Shown: piece after piece, positions 37,169 to 48,540 of the stretch
Position numbering within the stretch: the first letter of the stretch is position 1
Layout of the letters: the number at the start of each line of letters is the position of its first letter
Source of the DNA: Podarcis cretensis
Lineage: Eukaryota
Direction of reading: 5' to 3'
Assembly (NCBI GenBank): GCA_951804945.1
Contig: OX638152.1
Span: 102,734,001 to 102,798,000 of the forward strand
Length of the DNA stretch: 64,000 nucleotides
Made by a program: the position numbers and the translations under genes
Notes under the pieces: model-generated
Database searches by the model: none
Told to the model about the DNA's origin: nothing
What the model saw: only the letters and a program-made list of their open reading frames with translations

Positions 37169-37385
37169 AAACAAAAAAAATTCCTTCCAGTAGCACCTTA
37201 AAGACCAACTAAGTTAGTTCTTGGTATGAGCTTTCGTGTGCATGCACACTTCTTCAGATACACTGAAGTGTGCATGCACACGAAAGCTCATACCAAGAAC
37301 TAACTTAGTTGGTCTTTAAGGTGCTACTGGAAGGAATTTTTTTTGTTTTGACTATGGCAGACCAACACGGCTACCTATCTGTAAC
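37169..37385. mobile_element. Penelope-like element remnant (inverted pseudo-LTR pair)
   Basis: Perfect 84-bp inverted repeat (37169-37252 / 37265-37348) plus the end CAGACCAACACGGCTACC. 12-bp TSD TAGTTTTTTTTG at 37157-37168 and 37386-37397. Confidence 0.88.
37224..37261 (-). ncRNA. Minimal type I hammerhead ribozyme motif, Penelope-associated
   Basis: GUAU-CUGAAGA-A-GUGUG-CAUG-CACAC-GAAA-GC-UC-AUAC: stem I, CUGANGA core, stem II, GAAA and a palindromic AGCU stem III. Confidence 0.8.
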
Positions 37386-37865
37386 TAGTTTTTTTTGGTA
37401 ACTTTCTCTTAGTATTACATTTCTCATCTCTATCGATTTGAAAATCACTAAACAGTCTCCCGGAACCTTTTTCAGTTTAGTTTGTTTGGACCTTATTTTT
37501 ATTCTAAAGGCATTTTCTATTGTTTGTGCAACTTCCTCTTCATTGAGTGCTAACCACTCAAGGGAATAGATTTGTTCTGAATCAGACCTCCACCCAGCTC
37601 TTGTTGACTTTGTCCCCACAATCTTTGCCACCTTTTTTATCTTAAGCACCAACAATCTGGCTCCATCCCAGTTCAAGAGGACCCCATTCATTTTGTTCAG
37701 GCCCATCTTGTCTCTGAATGTTCCCCAGTGCCTAACAAATCCATGAGGGCTCCTTCTGAACACAGTCATCTCAACCATGAGAGTCACACTTTTTAAAGGG
37801 AATGATGAGGAAACAAACTGAATTCTGAGGGAAGGCTAAAGAAATTTGGCAATAGTAGATAACAA

Positions 37866-38647
37866 AGCTAACAAAATGAATTTCAGTAGGGACAAATGTA
37901 GGGTTCTGCACTTAGGCAGGAAGAACCAGATGCACAAATATAGGATGGGGGACACCTGGCTTACTAGCAGTACATGTGAAAAGGATCTAGGGGTCTTGGT
38001 GGACCACAAGCTGAACATGAGTCAACAGTGTGATGCCGCAGCAAAAAATAGCTAATGCTATTAAAGGCTGCATCAACTGAAGTATAGTGTCCAGATCAAG
38101 AGACGTAATAGTGCCACTCTATTCTGCCTTGGTCAGACCACACCTGGAATACTGCATCCAATTCTGGACACCACAGTTTAAGAAGGATGTTAAAAAGTTG
38201 AAACGTGCAGAGGAGGGCAACCAAGATGATCAAGGGTCTGGAAACCAAGTCTCATGAGGAACGTTTTTAGCCTGGAAAAGAGGGGACTGAGAAGAGATAT
38301 TATAGCCATCTTTAAATATATTAAGAGCTGTTACATGGAAGGGGGAGCAAGCTTGTTTTCTCCTGGTGGGAAAAAACAAGGGTGGTAGGACTCGAACCAA
38401 TGGCTTCAATTTACAAGAGAAGAGATTCCAACTAAACATCCGGAAGAACTTTTTGACAGAAAGTAAAAGCCTTTTGATGGTGGAACGATCTTTCTTGGGA
38501 GATTGCGGACTCTCCTTCCTTGGCTTTTAAGCAGAGGTTGGATGGCCATCTGTCATCAATACTTTAGTTGAGATTCCTGCATTGCAGGGAGTTGGACTAG
38601 ATGATCCTCGGGGTCCCTTCCAACTCTTCAATTATACAATTCTATGA
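37866..38647 (+). mobile_element. CR1 LINE 3' portion
   Basis: NKMNFSRDKCRVLHLG...EKDLGVLVDHKLNMSQQC and LVRPHLEYC motifs, then a CR1 3'UTR ending in TTCTATGA. Confidence 0.93.
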
Positions 38648-38655
38648 TGTCTTAA

Positions 38656-39015
38656 GGGACGCAGGTGGCGCTGTGGGTTAAAGCCTCAGCGCCTAGGACT
38701 TGCCGATCGTTAGGTCGGCGGTTCGAATCCCTGTGGCGGGGTGCGCTCCCGCTGCTCGGTCCCAGCGCCTGCCAACCTAGCAGTTCGAAAGCACCTCCGG
38801 GTGCAAGTAGATAAATAGGGACCGCTTACCAGCGGGAAGGTAAACGGCGTTTCCGTGTGCGGCTCTGGCTTGCCAGAGCAGCGATGTCACGCTGGCCACG
38901 TGACCCGGAAGTGTCTCCGGACAGCGCTGGCCCCTGGCCTCTTAAGTGAGATGGGCGCACAACCCCAGAGTCTGTCAAGACTGGCCCGTACGGGCAGGGG
39001 TACCTTTACCTTTAC
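38656..39015 (+). mobile_element. Young Sauria SINE, full length
   Basis: 13-bp TSD CTATGATGTCTTA at 38642-38654 and 39016-39028. Inserted at the CR1 tail. Confidence 0.97.
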
Positions 39016-39047
39016 CTATGATGTCTTAGAGATGTTTGTATTCAACC

Positions 39048-39055
39048 TGTTGACG

Positions 39056-39093
<38 letters not shown>

Positions 39094-39094
39094 G
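39048..39094. repeat. (GTT)n microsatellite
   Basis: Read directly from the sequence. Confidence 0.95.
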
Positions 39095-40171
39095 CTATAC
39101 CTAGCATAGAAATGGCAGACTACAAACATTCACAGCAATATTAAACCAGAGGTAGACTATATGATTATCTCTGTATATTCATGAACTTCAGCTCCCATCA
39201 CCTCAGCCAACATGACCAATGGGCAAGAATGAGGGAAGTTGCTGTTGAAGATGGCTGTCTCCAGTTTAAACTGTTGCTATGGATGCTATGTAGAGTTAAA
39301 AAGAATTATAGGTGCAATAGGAGCTATGTTACAAACAATATTGAAATGTTTGTTTCATTTGGAAAGGTTTTATTTGTTGGTTATCACTTCTATTGCCTTT
39401 TAAGTCACTGAGGTTTGGTTTAATGTTTTTAACCATTAATCTATCCGTTAAATCAATTAAAACTTAATTTGAAACCATAAACCAAATAATACTTACATGT
39501 TGACTTAGCTGATCAGAGCATATTACAGACAAAAGTTTCAGCTTAACAAAACTTAGTGACTTGATTGTGGTACCCAGTCAACAAAAGCAACTATTTCACT
39601 AATAATCTTTTACAGAAATAGCTTAGTTCCAGTCTGTGAGATGGAATTTGCCAGTGTTAGACTAATGCATTTATCACAAACCAAGTGCAGCTAGAAGCTG
39701 GAAGCTTAGTCGTTTCCTACAAATACAGTACTCTGTCACTGAAGACGCTAGGAAGCACTTTGCCTGTTCTACTTAATGAACCACAGCAAGCGGGGCTTGG
39801 AGGCTAGTAGTATTGTGTGTGGTTTAGCGTCATTAAGTTTACTGAGGTGAAGGTTACATTCATTTTTGTGGAAATGCAATAAAAATGCACTCTTTTGTGA
39901 TTATAAAGTTTATCACTGAATAAAAGGAAGAGATAGATGCAACCTTTTACGTTTAAATATTAATAGCCTAATACACAAGCGATTCCTAAGTAAAACAGGC
40001 CAATTTGGTGATATACTTTTTCCAATTATGTGAGAAATCCCCCTCTGCAAATTTCCAGTTAATACTGCACAAGAGCATTAAGCCACTTAGAGAACAATCC
40101 CATGCAGGTTTACTTAGAAGCAAGTCCCATGGTAGTCTATGAAGCTCTCTTCTTAGTTTTAATCTCCAAGG

Positions 40172-40312
40172 CAGGGGTGAGTAGCTAACCTGTGATCTTC
40201 CTGACCTTATGGGACTACAGCCTCCACCTTCCCTGACTATTATGCATCCTGGCTGGGACTGAAGAGAGCTGGACTCCAGCAACACCTGGAGAACCATGGT
40301 TGGCCATCTCTG
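40172..40312. mobile_element. Old palindromic hAT MITE
   Basis: CAGGGGTG...CATCTCTG termini and a GGACTACA core as in 28993-29111. Similar decayed copies lie near 39180-39260 and 46550-46680. Confidence 0.6.
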
Positions 40313-40454
40313 CCTAAGGACTGCAGGCAGCCTCGCAATGAAATCATGTGCATGTCTACTCAGAAGTAAGCCCCACTGATTTCAATAAAGCTTACAGATG
40401 TGCAGGTATAGGATTGTAGCCTAAATTACACAGGTAGGCTAATGATGCAATCCT

Positions 40455-40542
40455 ACATGCTGGCTCCCTCAGCCTGAAGAAAAATGAGCGCCGTACCCCA
40501 TAGTCGCCTTTGACTGGACTTAACTATTCAGGGATCATTTTC
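40455..40542 (+). mobile_element. Sauria SINE 3' fragment
   Basis: GGCTCCCTCAGCCTG..ATGAGCGCCG.ACCCCATAGTCGCCTTTGACTGGACTTAAC, the reverse complement of 1630-1700. Confidence 0.75.
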
Positions 40543-40638
40543 CATGTTAATGTGCAACCTAATACCTGTTATGGCGGTTGGGTTTGTTATGCTGTATGTT
40601 GCCAAATATGAAAACCCATAAAATTATTTTTGATAATA

Positions 40639-40864
40639 CAGTGGTACCTCGGGTTACATACGCTTCAGGTTACAGACTCCGCTAACCCAGAAATATTAAC
40701 TTGGGTTAAGAACTTTGTTTCAGAATGAGAACAGAAATACTGCTCCGGCAGCGCAGCAGCAGTGGGAGGCCCCATTAGCTAAAGTGGTACTTCAGGTTAA
40801 GAACACTTTCAGGTTAAGAACAGACCTCCAGAACGAATTAAGTACTTAACCCGAGGTACCACTG
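40639..40864. mobile_element. Tc1/mariner (Tigger-like) MITE
   Basis: TA|CAGTGGTACCTCGGGTTA...TAACCCGAGGTACCACTG|TA, with perfect 18-bp TIRs. Confidence 0.93.
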
Positions 40865-41560
40865 TAATATAATAGAAACCCTCTACACTACTGTATCTTG
40901 TGACAGGCCTCCACCAGGGAAAATGCAATGGCATAGTGTCAGAGATATCCTTTTGGCTAGATCTGCTACCAACATAGGCAAATACATCTCTCCAAGCCCT
41001 ATGCTGACATTACATTATCCTAACCACAGAGGTGGTATGAGTTAAAACTCTTTCACCGAATTAAATGAAGAGCAAAAACAAATATGCCAACCACACCTCC
41101 TCCTCTCTATGATGACACAGCACAGGATTCAGATTAGCTCTGTTTTCAATCACAGCCCAGGACTAGCTAAAAGATATAAATCCCTGACAAGGAAGCCATA
41201 AGCCAGACGACAGGGAGCATGGCATGGAGCTATATCTTAGTGCACACTTAACACACAAGGCAAAAGTTTAGTGATAGGAATTATGGAGAAAGGAAAGGCT
41301 TCAGAACACCTGTATGAAGCATATATAGCTAACAAGACTTCTCAGAACTCTTACAGGTCATTGCCATCAGCATGTTTCTCAAAGATTGATAGGAATTGGC
41401 AATGTTGCCACGGATGAGGTTAGCAGAAACTATTTGTTCTGAATTTCTTCTTCTTTTCTACTTTTGTGCTGGGATGGCATTGTACCAGCATAAGTGAGCT
41501 GCCAGTTTATCACACAAGTTAAATCCTTAATATCTGGAGAGCTTGTGTGACCTATAGCAG

Positions 41561-42273
41561 TGTAATAGGAATTCTATGGTCTTAGATATATGGTAATGTT
41601 CATAAGTGTACCATCCAAGCACATACATAGATCAGCACAGGAAGGCCAACCTGGAACCATTTTGATTCCTAAACTGAGCAAATGTTTTCTCTGCAAGGTC
41701 AAACTGGAAAAGCCTCCCCATTGTCTTTTCCTTCACAAATCCTGTCTTAAGGACACATTTAAGATATAAATAGGGTGTGAGCCTGTGACCTGGCCCAGGA
41801 ACTAAGTATTTATCATTACAAAAGACTGGCCAGGCTCCCCAGGATATCCAAACAAGTAACCTGCTAGACAGGAGATAAACAAGGACAAGAGATAAACAAC
41901 ATTTAAATTTCTGTTTGGACCGCCTTTTCTGTGATGTAGGTGTGATGTATCTGAGGGGTGGTCTTAGGTTACACCCCTTCTGTGATGTATGTATGATGTT
42001 TCTGGGGGTGGTCTTGATCTACAGGGTGGCAATTTCAAAAGTCTTTATAAGGCCTTGCACACAATTTTTTCTGGGTCCTCTTCCTTTCCTGCATGTGAGG
42101 GGAGCACCCTGTTGCAACAGATCAATAAAGATCAAGCTTACTAGCTGCTTTGCTTCTCAATATTCTCTGGTTGGCCTCTGTTATTTTCTCCTACCAATAG
42201 GGAACCTATGTAAGGACTCTATATGGGCTCTTGGATACCCCATAAGGGAAAAAGGCAATTTTTGTTTACAACA
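41561..42273 (+). mobile_element. Solo LTR, ERV-like, 713 bp
   Basis: TGTAATAGG...ACAACA with a 4-bp TSD GCAG (41557-41560, 42274-42277). TATA-like TTTATAA at about 42044 and AATAAA at about 42124. Confidence 0.85.
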
Positions 42274-42498
42274 GCAGCTAAGAAAGTAAGCTGTGAATCA
42301 GGAACTTTCCTATGCCAATCTCACTTCTACCATTAACTCACAAATTGTGTGTGATTAACCAAGCCTCTTTGTTGCAAATTCCAAAGGCAAATTGACACCA
42401 GTGACAAAATGGAACTGTCTTTTATGAAGGTCCTCCCCATTTCCCATGGGTCATCTATATTATTTTAGATTTTCATTAGGGAGCAACAACAGAGCCCC

Positions 42499-42807
42499 GA
42501 TCAAACGTATCCATTCTTAAGGAAATCAACCCTGAGTGCTCACTGGAAGGACAGATCGTGAAGCTGAGGCTCCAATACATTGGCCACCTCATGAGAAGAG
42601 AAGACTCCCTGGAAAAGACCCTGATGTTGGGAAAGATGGAGGGCACAAGGAGAAGGGGACGACAGAGGACGAGATGGTTGGACAGTGTTCTCGAAGCTAC
42701 CAACATGAGTTTGACCAAACTGTGGGAGGCAGTGGAAGACAGATGTACCTGGCATGCTCTGGTCCAGGGGGTCACGAAGAGTCGGACATGACTAAATGAC
42801 TAAACAA
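42499..42807 (+). mobile_element. BovB (RTE) LINE 3' end
   Basis: KLRLQYIGHLMRREDSLEKTLMLGKMEG.RRRGRQR.RWLD and a (CAA)n tail. 15-bp TSD CAACAACAGAGCCCC at 42484-42498 and 42808-42822. Confidence 0.95.
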
Positions 42808-43139
42808 CAACAACAGAGCCCCTGTGCTTAATAATGTCCAAATCCATGAATAAGCTTCAAGTTCCTTCACCTCCTTTCCTTAGAAGGAGGCTGGAGAATT
42901 CCTAATATAGAACTATTCTAGTTTGCCAACAAAGTGCACCACATAATCCCATACATCCCAGAAGATGAAAGGCCTAGACTGCCAGACTGACTTTTACAAA
43001 AATGGCAAGCCCATATCAGCATGGAAAATACAAGACAAACTAGGGGGTGCTTAAATGCCTTGGCTGACCCACCACCAACTATACCCTTTTTTGATCAACC
43101 CAGCAACAAATTTACACCCTTAGACTACATAGAGGGAGT

Positions 43140-43735
43140 ACAGATCTCACAGCAAGGTCATCTCAAGAGGGGTTGGTTCCCTTCAGCAGTGCAACCCTGA
43201 GTCCAGCCCATCTCTCCCACCCTCTCTTCAGTTAGGCTGCCAAAATGGCTCTTTCTCCACTTTCTGGCACCATCCCTCCTAATTCTCCTGTTCCTAACAA
43301 CTAAGCCTCTTTTATTCATTTTCATGCTAATATCCAGTTCTTTTGATGCTTTGAAGTACTAATGGTTTATCTCCCACCCCTGTCACCTAACAATGGAGTA
43401 TGCCAGATTTCATCAACACTTGTTGCTTGACTAGGATAAAAGGCTGGTACACACTTAGGGCTTTTACCTAGGTTAATTAAGTCTTCACATGTTAATCGCT
43501 GATGCTCAAAAATAGGCTCACAGTTCCAATACACATGGATCTTGATTACATTCTCAAGGTCTGTCACACAGTCTGTACACATAAACACCAATTAAACACC
43601 TCAAACCTGTTACATTACCCCCTTCTAATACACATTTGAGACTGCCTTATAACATATCCCTGTTATAACATACAAGTTTTAATTAAATCCTAATATTTAC
43701 TAAACCTAAACATTCAGCACCATAGATCTATTACA
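43140..43735 (-). mobile_element. Old LTR-like repeat, copy 1
   Basis: Collinear with 61470-62460. The minus strand starts TGTAATAGATCTATGG, similar to the LTR start at 41561. Left boundary uncertain. Confidence 0.65.
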
Positions 43736-44190
43736 ATATGAAGCCCTCAGTGCTACTATTTTTTTAAAAAAACAACAACAACCCCATATATGGAAATCAC
43801 AATCTCAAATTCTCCTCCCATCCAAAGTAAAGCTGAGGTGTGCTAAGTTACAGGTTGTTAGTCCAGCTATTTCTTGACTAAGCCCTTGGGAGACCATAAA
43901 TGCTGCTTGATCAATGATCAAGTCTATTGAATCAGCAGGATACTCTGCAAAGTAAATATACTTCTGGGTTATCATCGGCATTTGCAGGCAGTTCATCCAT
44001 TCCAGATCTCCTGCAGTCTCACATCCATATTAAGCTTGAGAAGTGGCAGGAAAGATCCCTTCAGCATTTCACACAAAAATGATTAGTTATCCCAAAGAGT
44101 TTTCATAAGATTAGTGAAATTCTGCAGAGGGGTTCCACAGTAGACCTGAAGTATTGTCTAACCATTTGTGTGGAAGTATTAAGACCACCT

Positions 44191-45010
44191 AGAATCAGAA
44201 TCATAGAGTTGTGGATTTGGAAGGGACCCTGAGGGTCATCTAGTCTGACCCCCTGCAATGCAGGAATCTCAGCTAAAGCATCCATGACAGATGGCCACCC
44301 AACCTCTGCTTAAAAACTTCCAAGGAAGGAGAGTCCACAACCTCCTGAGTCAGGTGTCCACCCCACCCTTATGTTTGTGCTGCTGGCTATTCCTGCCTAA
44401 GTGTAGTACCTTACATTTGTCCCTATTAAAATTCATTTTACTAGTTTGGACCATTCTCCAAATTGCTAAAATCATCTTGAATTCTGTCTCCTGAAGTATT
44501 GGCTACCCCTCCCAGTTTCTTGTCATCTGAAAATTTCATGAGCATTCCTTCATTTGATTAATTTAGAAAGATGTTTCACAATACCGGGACCAGGACAAAA
44601 CCCTATAGCACTCCGCTTGTCACTTTTTCCCAAGGTGACGAGGAACCATTAATGAGCCCTCTTTGGGTTCAGGCAGTCAAGGAGCTACAAATTCACCTAA
44701 TAGTAACCTCATCTAGCCCACATTTTACCAGCTTCTCCACAAGAATTTCATGGGGGACTTTCTCAAAAGCCACACTGAAATCAAGATACAGTACATCAAC
44801 AACATTCTCCTGATTCATCAAGCTTGTAAGTCTATCAATAAAATAAATAAGATTAGTCTGGCATGATTTAGAATCGTAGAATCCTTGTTTTTGAGAAACA
44901 CAGCACAACATCCTTTTCTAAGTGCTCACAGACCAACTGTTTAATCTGTCCTAGGACCTTTCCTAGTATCAATGTCATGCTGACTGGTTCATAGCAGCCT
45001 GGGTCCTCAT
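44191..45010 (-). mobile_element. CR1 LINE fragment with an internal deletion
   Basis: CR1 tail at 44191 and RT motifs KSCQTNLI...YLDFS.AF.KVPH..LVEKL. Deletion near 44347. Confidence 0.9.
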
Positions 45011-48000
45011 TTTTTTTTCATTTCTGTTTTTTATTATTTTAATGCTGCTGTTCTTTAATATCCATGTTATATCTCCACTTTTATGGTCTTTGCATTATAT
45101 ATTTTATATTTTGCCATGTACTGCCTTGGGAACCTTTGTGTTGAAGAATGGAACCTAAATTCAATAATCTTAATACAATTATAAATAATGTCTGTCAGTT
45201 GATAAATAATGTCTGCCTAACGTACCACAGGAACAGGTATCAAGAAGCCAAAGGATTAGCCTTTCTGAGCCAGCAGAAGGACAAGTCTGTGGGATAAGAC
45301 ACAGGTTTTGTATAAAATGAAATTCAGATTCTAGCAATTGATTCACACACAATACTGCAGGAGAAGGCATCACCCAGCTTCCCTGAGTCTGAATATGACC
45401 AGTGAAGAGCTAATTTAGATCTCCTGTAGCAAACAAAACTGAAATGAGAGTCAGGGCTTCGAAAATGTACTATCACTAGTAGAGCTGCTTTTTCCAATTG
45501 AGGTTTAAATTAGGATAAAACTGTCTAAATAAAAGATAATTAACATGGTTTCGTGGTTTTTAAAGTCTGAAGCCCGGAAATCTGGATTGTGTACGAATAG
45601 AAGATGTTGTCAGGAACTGGGCTCCTGTCTACTAAATGAAAGAAGCAAGTTCCCAATAATAAGCAAAGATCAATCATGCAGAAGGAAAAGAGGACTAAAA
45701 GTTTCAAAACAAATGTAGTGCTGAAGAAAAAAGGAAGCAAAAAAAAAAAAAAAGCAGAGGCAGTAAAACTGAAATTTCTACTGTCTGCTGCAAAGCAGTT
45801 TTCACATTAATGACTCCTTAAAGGACATTCCTTGACACTCAGACTTTTGCAATAAAATGCTATTAAAAACCTGAAAAGGGCAGAAAATTCTATGGCTACT
45901 CAGCAAAAAAAAAAAAAAAAAAAAAAAAAAGCATTAAAGATGAACAGGATCCTTTTCTGTAGGCAAATACTGCCATCTTCTGTTCATTCAGATATGGCGT
46001 TGGCCAGCCAGACCTAACACCTTGGTGGTGGGCTCCTGTCATCATTCCCAGCATAAAATACTATGCACCCATTTTTTTAAGGGGAACTCAACTTTTTGTT
46101 CAAGGACAGGGGGGAAAAAACAATTCCAAAATTTGCCTCCCCAAACACTAAATTTCTCTTACTTAGAATAGCTTAATGAGTACAAATGGAAGGGCTCTTA
46201 GAATGGTACAGGTGGTTGCTTGCATATGTTGTTATTTTGGCATTGCACCAGAAGCTGCTACCAAGATTAGTGACTGCATGTTTGCCAATGGTGCTATAGC
46301 ATCATGTTTATGGATCTGAAAGCCAAGAAGACTGTTAAAAGGAGGATACAGTAATTTGAAATTAGCAGCTGATGTAATTCCCATATTTTCTGCATTCTAC
46401 AGCATTGGTACTGAGAAGTTAAATGCTGTACATGATTCAACCCCAAACATCTATTGAGCATCTCTGCAAATAGCTTTTAAATTTCTACAATGGTACAGAA
46501 TAAATTTTACTCTTCGTCACAGATGCACCCACAGCCAAACTCTAATTTAGGGCTGTCAGCATGGCTCTCTGGATGTTGTTGGACTTCAGATCCATTCAGC
46601 ACCAGCCAGTATGGCTAATGGTTGAGGGTTAGAGTTAGAGTTCAACAGAATCAGGAGGGGACCACATTGGCTGCTGCTGCTGTAGTCATAGATAAAGACA
46701 GTGCGTCACACTGTCAGACTATGTGTTTCTCAGTGTTGAACGGGGGGGGGGGGGGGACGTTCTGTATGTAATGCTCTGTCACTTCCTTCACCCACAATTT
46801 CAATATCACTGTGACCTTTCTCTTCCCTAAATAATATTGAATATTAAGGAATGCTTTTCATATCCATAATGCAGTTTTTTTTGGAAATCTCATGAAGAAA
46901 TACAGGAAGCATCACAGCATTTCCAACATGATTGAATTATGTCAATCAATTATCAAGTAGAATTCAATCAAATTTATTTTCTGAGTAACATGTCAAAAAT
47001 GAACTGCAGCAATAATTCTATTTTATACCACATTTCTGCTTCACGTTTGCCTTCATGAAGCTCAGGTATGCAGTAGATAGGTATCACTGCATTTTATCTT
47101 TGCCTAAACCACCTCACAGGGTTATTGAAAGAATGACTGCTCCAACGTCCATCAGAGAATTGCACGACAGAGATGACTTTAAATCCAGGTCACTCTAGTT
47201 CACATTCAGTGTTCTGTTATTCTGCATGGCACATGAACTCTTTTCAACCATAACAGGGTGGAAAAATCACAGTTATTGTCTTGTAATACCAAAATACACT
47301 TTTCTATTTATTATAAAATATAATTGGGCCTATATTAATAGCTGCTATTCCAAGGATGGGGGAAAATTGTTTGCTATTAGCCGCAATGATATTTGTAACT
47401 GCTCTGCAATCTTAATAGCATGAAGGACATTTGAGGGCCATGAAGTGGAAGGAAAATAATTTCACTGTTGTTCCTAGATAGAAAAACAAATGTTCCCCTG
47501 GCTAAAAGGATTATATCTGGGAATCTTTCCCGAGGACAAAATTAGAACTGCATATTCATTTATCAGCCAGAAAATTCACCATAAAGTGCACTTCACCTCT
47601 ATAGGTGGTAAGAAATGCAATTAATTAATTCCTAGCATTAAAACAAATCTGCTTTCATTTCAACACATTCCCGATGCACAACTCGAGTTTGCATTGGTTT
47701 GTTTTTAAAGATATAAGACTGGTTTGTATTTTTTTTGTACAAACGCAAAGCTATTTTTTAAAAAAAACATTAAATAAACATTGTACTGAACTGAAAACAA
47801 TTCTGTTGCCAAATTGGTTATGCTTTAGGCAAAGATGAGGATTTTTGTTTTGTTTTTGCTTCTGTAACCCAGCAGTAACAGCAGCCCTGCTGATTTCATT
47901 TTCATTTAAATATTTTTCTGCCTGTCTTTGTCTTAGCAGTAATGAGGAAGAAAATATGTTGTTCTAATAATTGCTTATATGACTTATGAAATATTTATCC

Positions 48001-48286
48001 CAGTACATAGTGTTTCATCTCCCTTTCTGTCCTTTCCACCCTTCTCTCTCTTGTCTTGTGGGTCATGATCTAGCACAGTCCTGTGCGAGTTTACTTAGAA
48101 GTAAGTTCCATTTTGTACAAAGGGCCTTAATCTCTGGTATGGGACTTCAGGTTGAAGCCTTTGTGCAGCGCTTTTGACTCTCACTATTTTAAGTTCCATT
48201 TGTAATGCTGTCATGGAGATCAACAGAACTTAATATGAATGCTTCACTTTGGCTGAATCATGCTCAGAGCAGATTGTAAATCTACA

Positions 48287-48540
48287 GAAGAAGAAGAAGA
48301 GGAGTTTGGATTTGATATCCCGCTTTTCACTCCCCTTCAGGAGTCTCAAAGCGGCTCACATTCTCCTTTCCCTTCCTCCCCCACAACAAACACTCTGTGA
48401 GGTGAGTGGGGCTGAGAGACTTCAAAGAAGTGTGACTGGCCCAAGGTCACCCAGCAGCTGCATGTGGAGGAGCAGAGACTCAAACCCGGTTCCCCAGATT
48501 ATGAGACTACCGCTCTTAACCACTACACCACACAGGCACT
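48287..48540 (-). mobile_element. Squam3-like tRNA/CORE SINE with (CTT)n tail
   Basis: Minus strand begins GTGTGGTGTAGTGGTTAAGAGCGGTAG..CTGGGGAACCGGGTTTGAGTC (A and B boxes), followed by a CORE-like middle. Confidence 0.88.

Larger units (their letters stand above)
32305..37567 (-). mobile_element. L1-clade LINE, 5'-truncated within ORF1, with two nested insertions
   Basis: ORF1 and ORF2 remnants, 3'UTR and A-rich tail. 11-bp TSD AGATTTGTTCT at 32294-32304 and 37568-37578. Confidence 0.95.
36800..37567 (-). pseudogene. L1 ORF1 C-terminal half (RRM/CTD-like) with a charged low-complexity tail
   Basis: Removing the Penelope insert restores ...NVILRESYQKKLIIEGRPIIIFKEIP...GIQHRWEFP. Lies directly upstream of ORF2. 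Confidence 0.85.

Noticed and set aside
37262-37294. Second hammerhead on the plus strand
   Set aside because: The core reads CUGAAGUG rather than CUGANGA and stem I is missing, because it is truncated at the inversion point.
37568-37787. N-terminal part of ORF 37371-37787 as L1 ORF1
   Set aside because: It lies outside the L1 TSD, so it is flanking DNA that happens to be in frame.
38656-38740. tRNA gene (A and B boxes)
   Set aside because: It is the tRNA-derived head of a Sauria SINE and is followed by SINE body rather than a cloverleaf and terminator.
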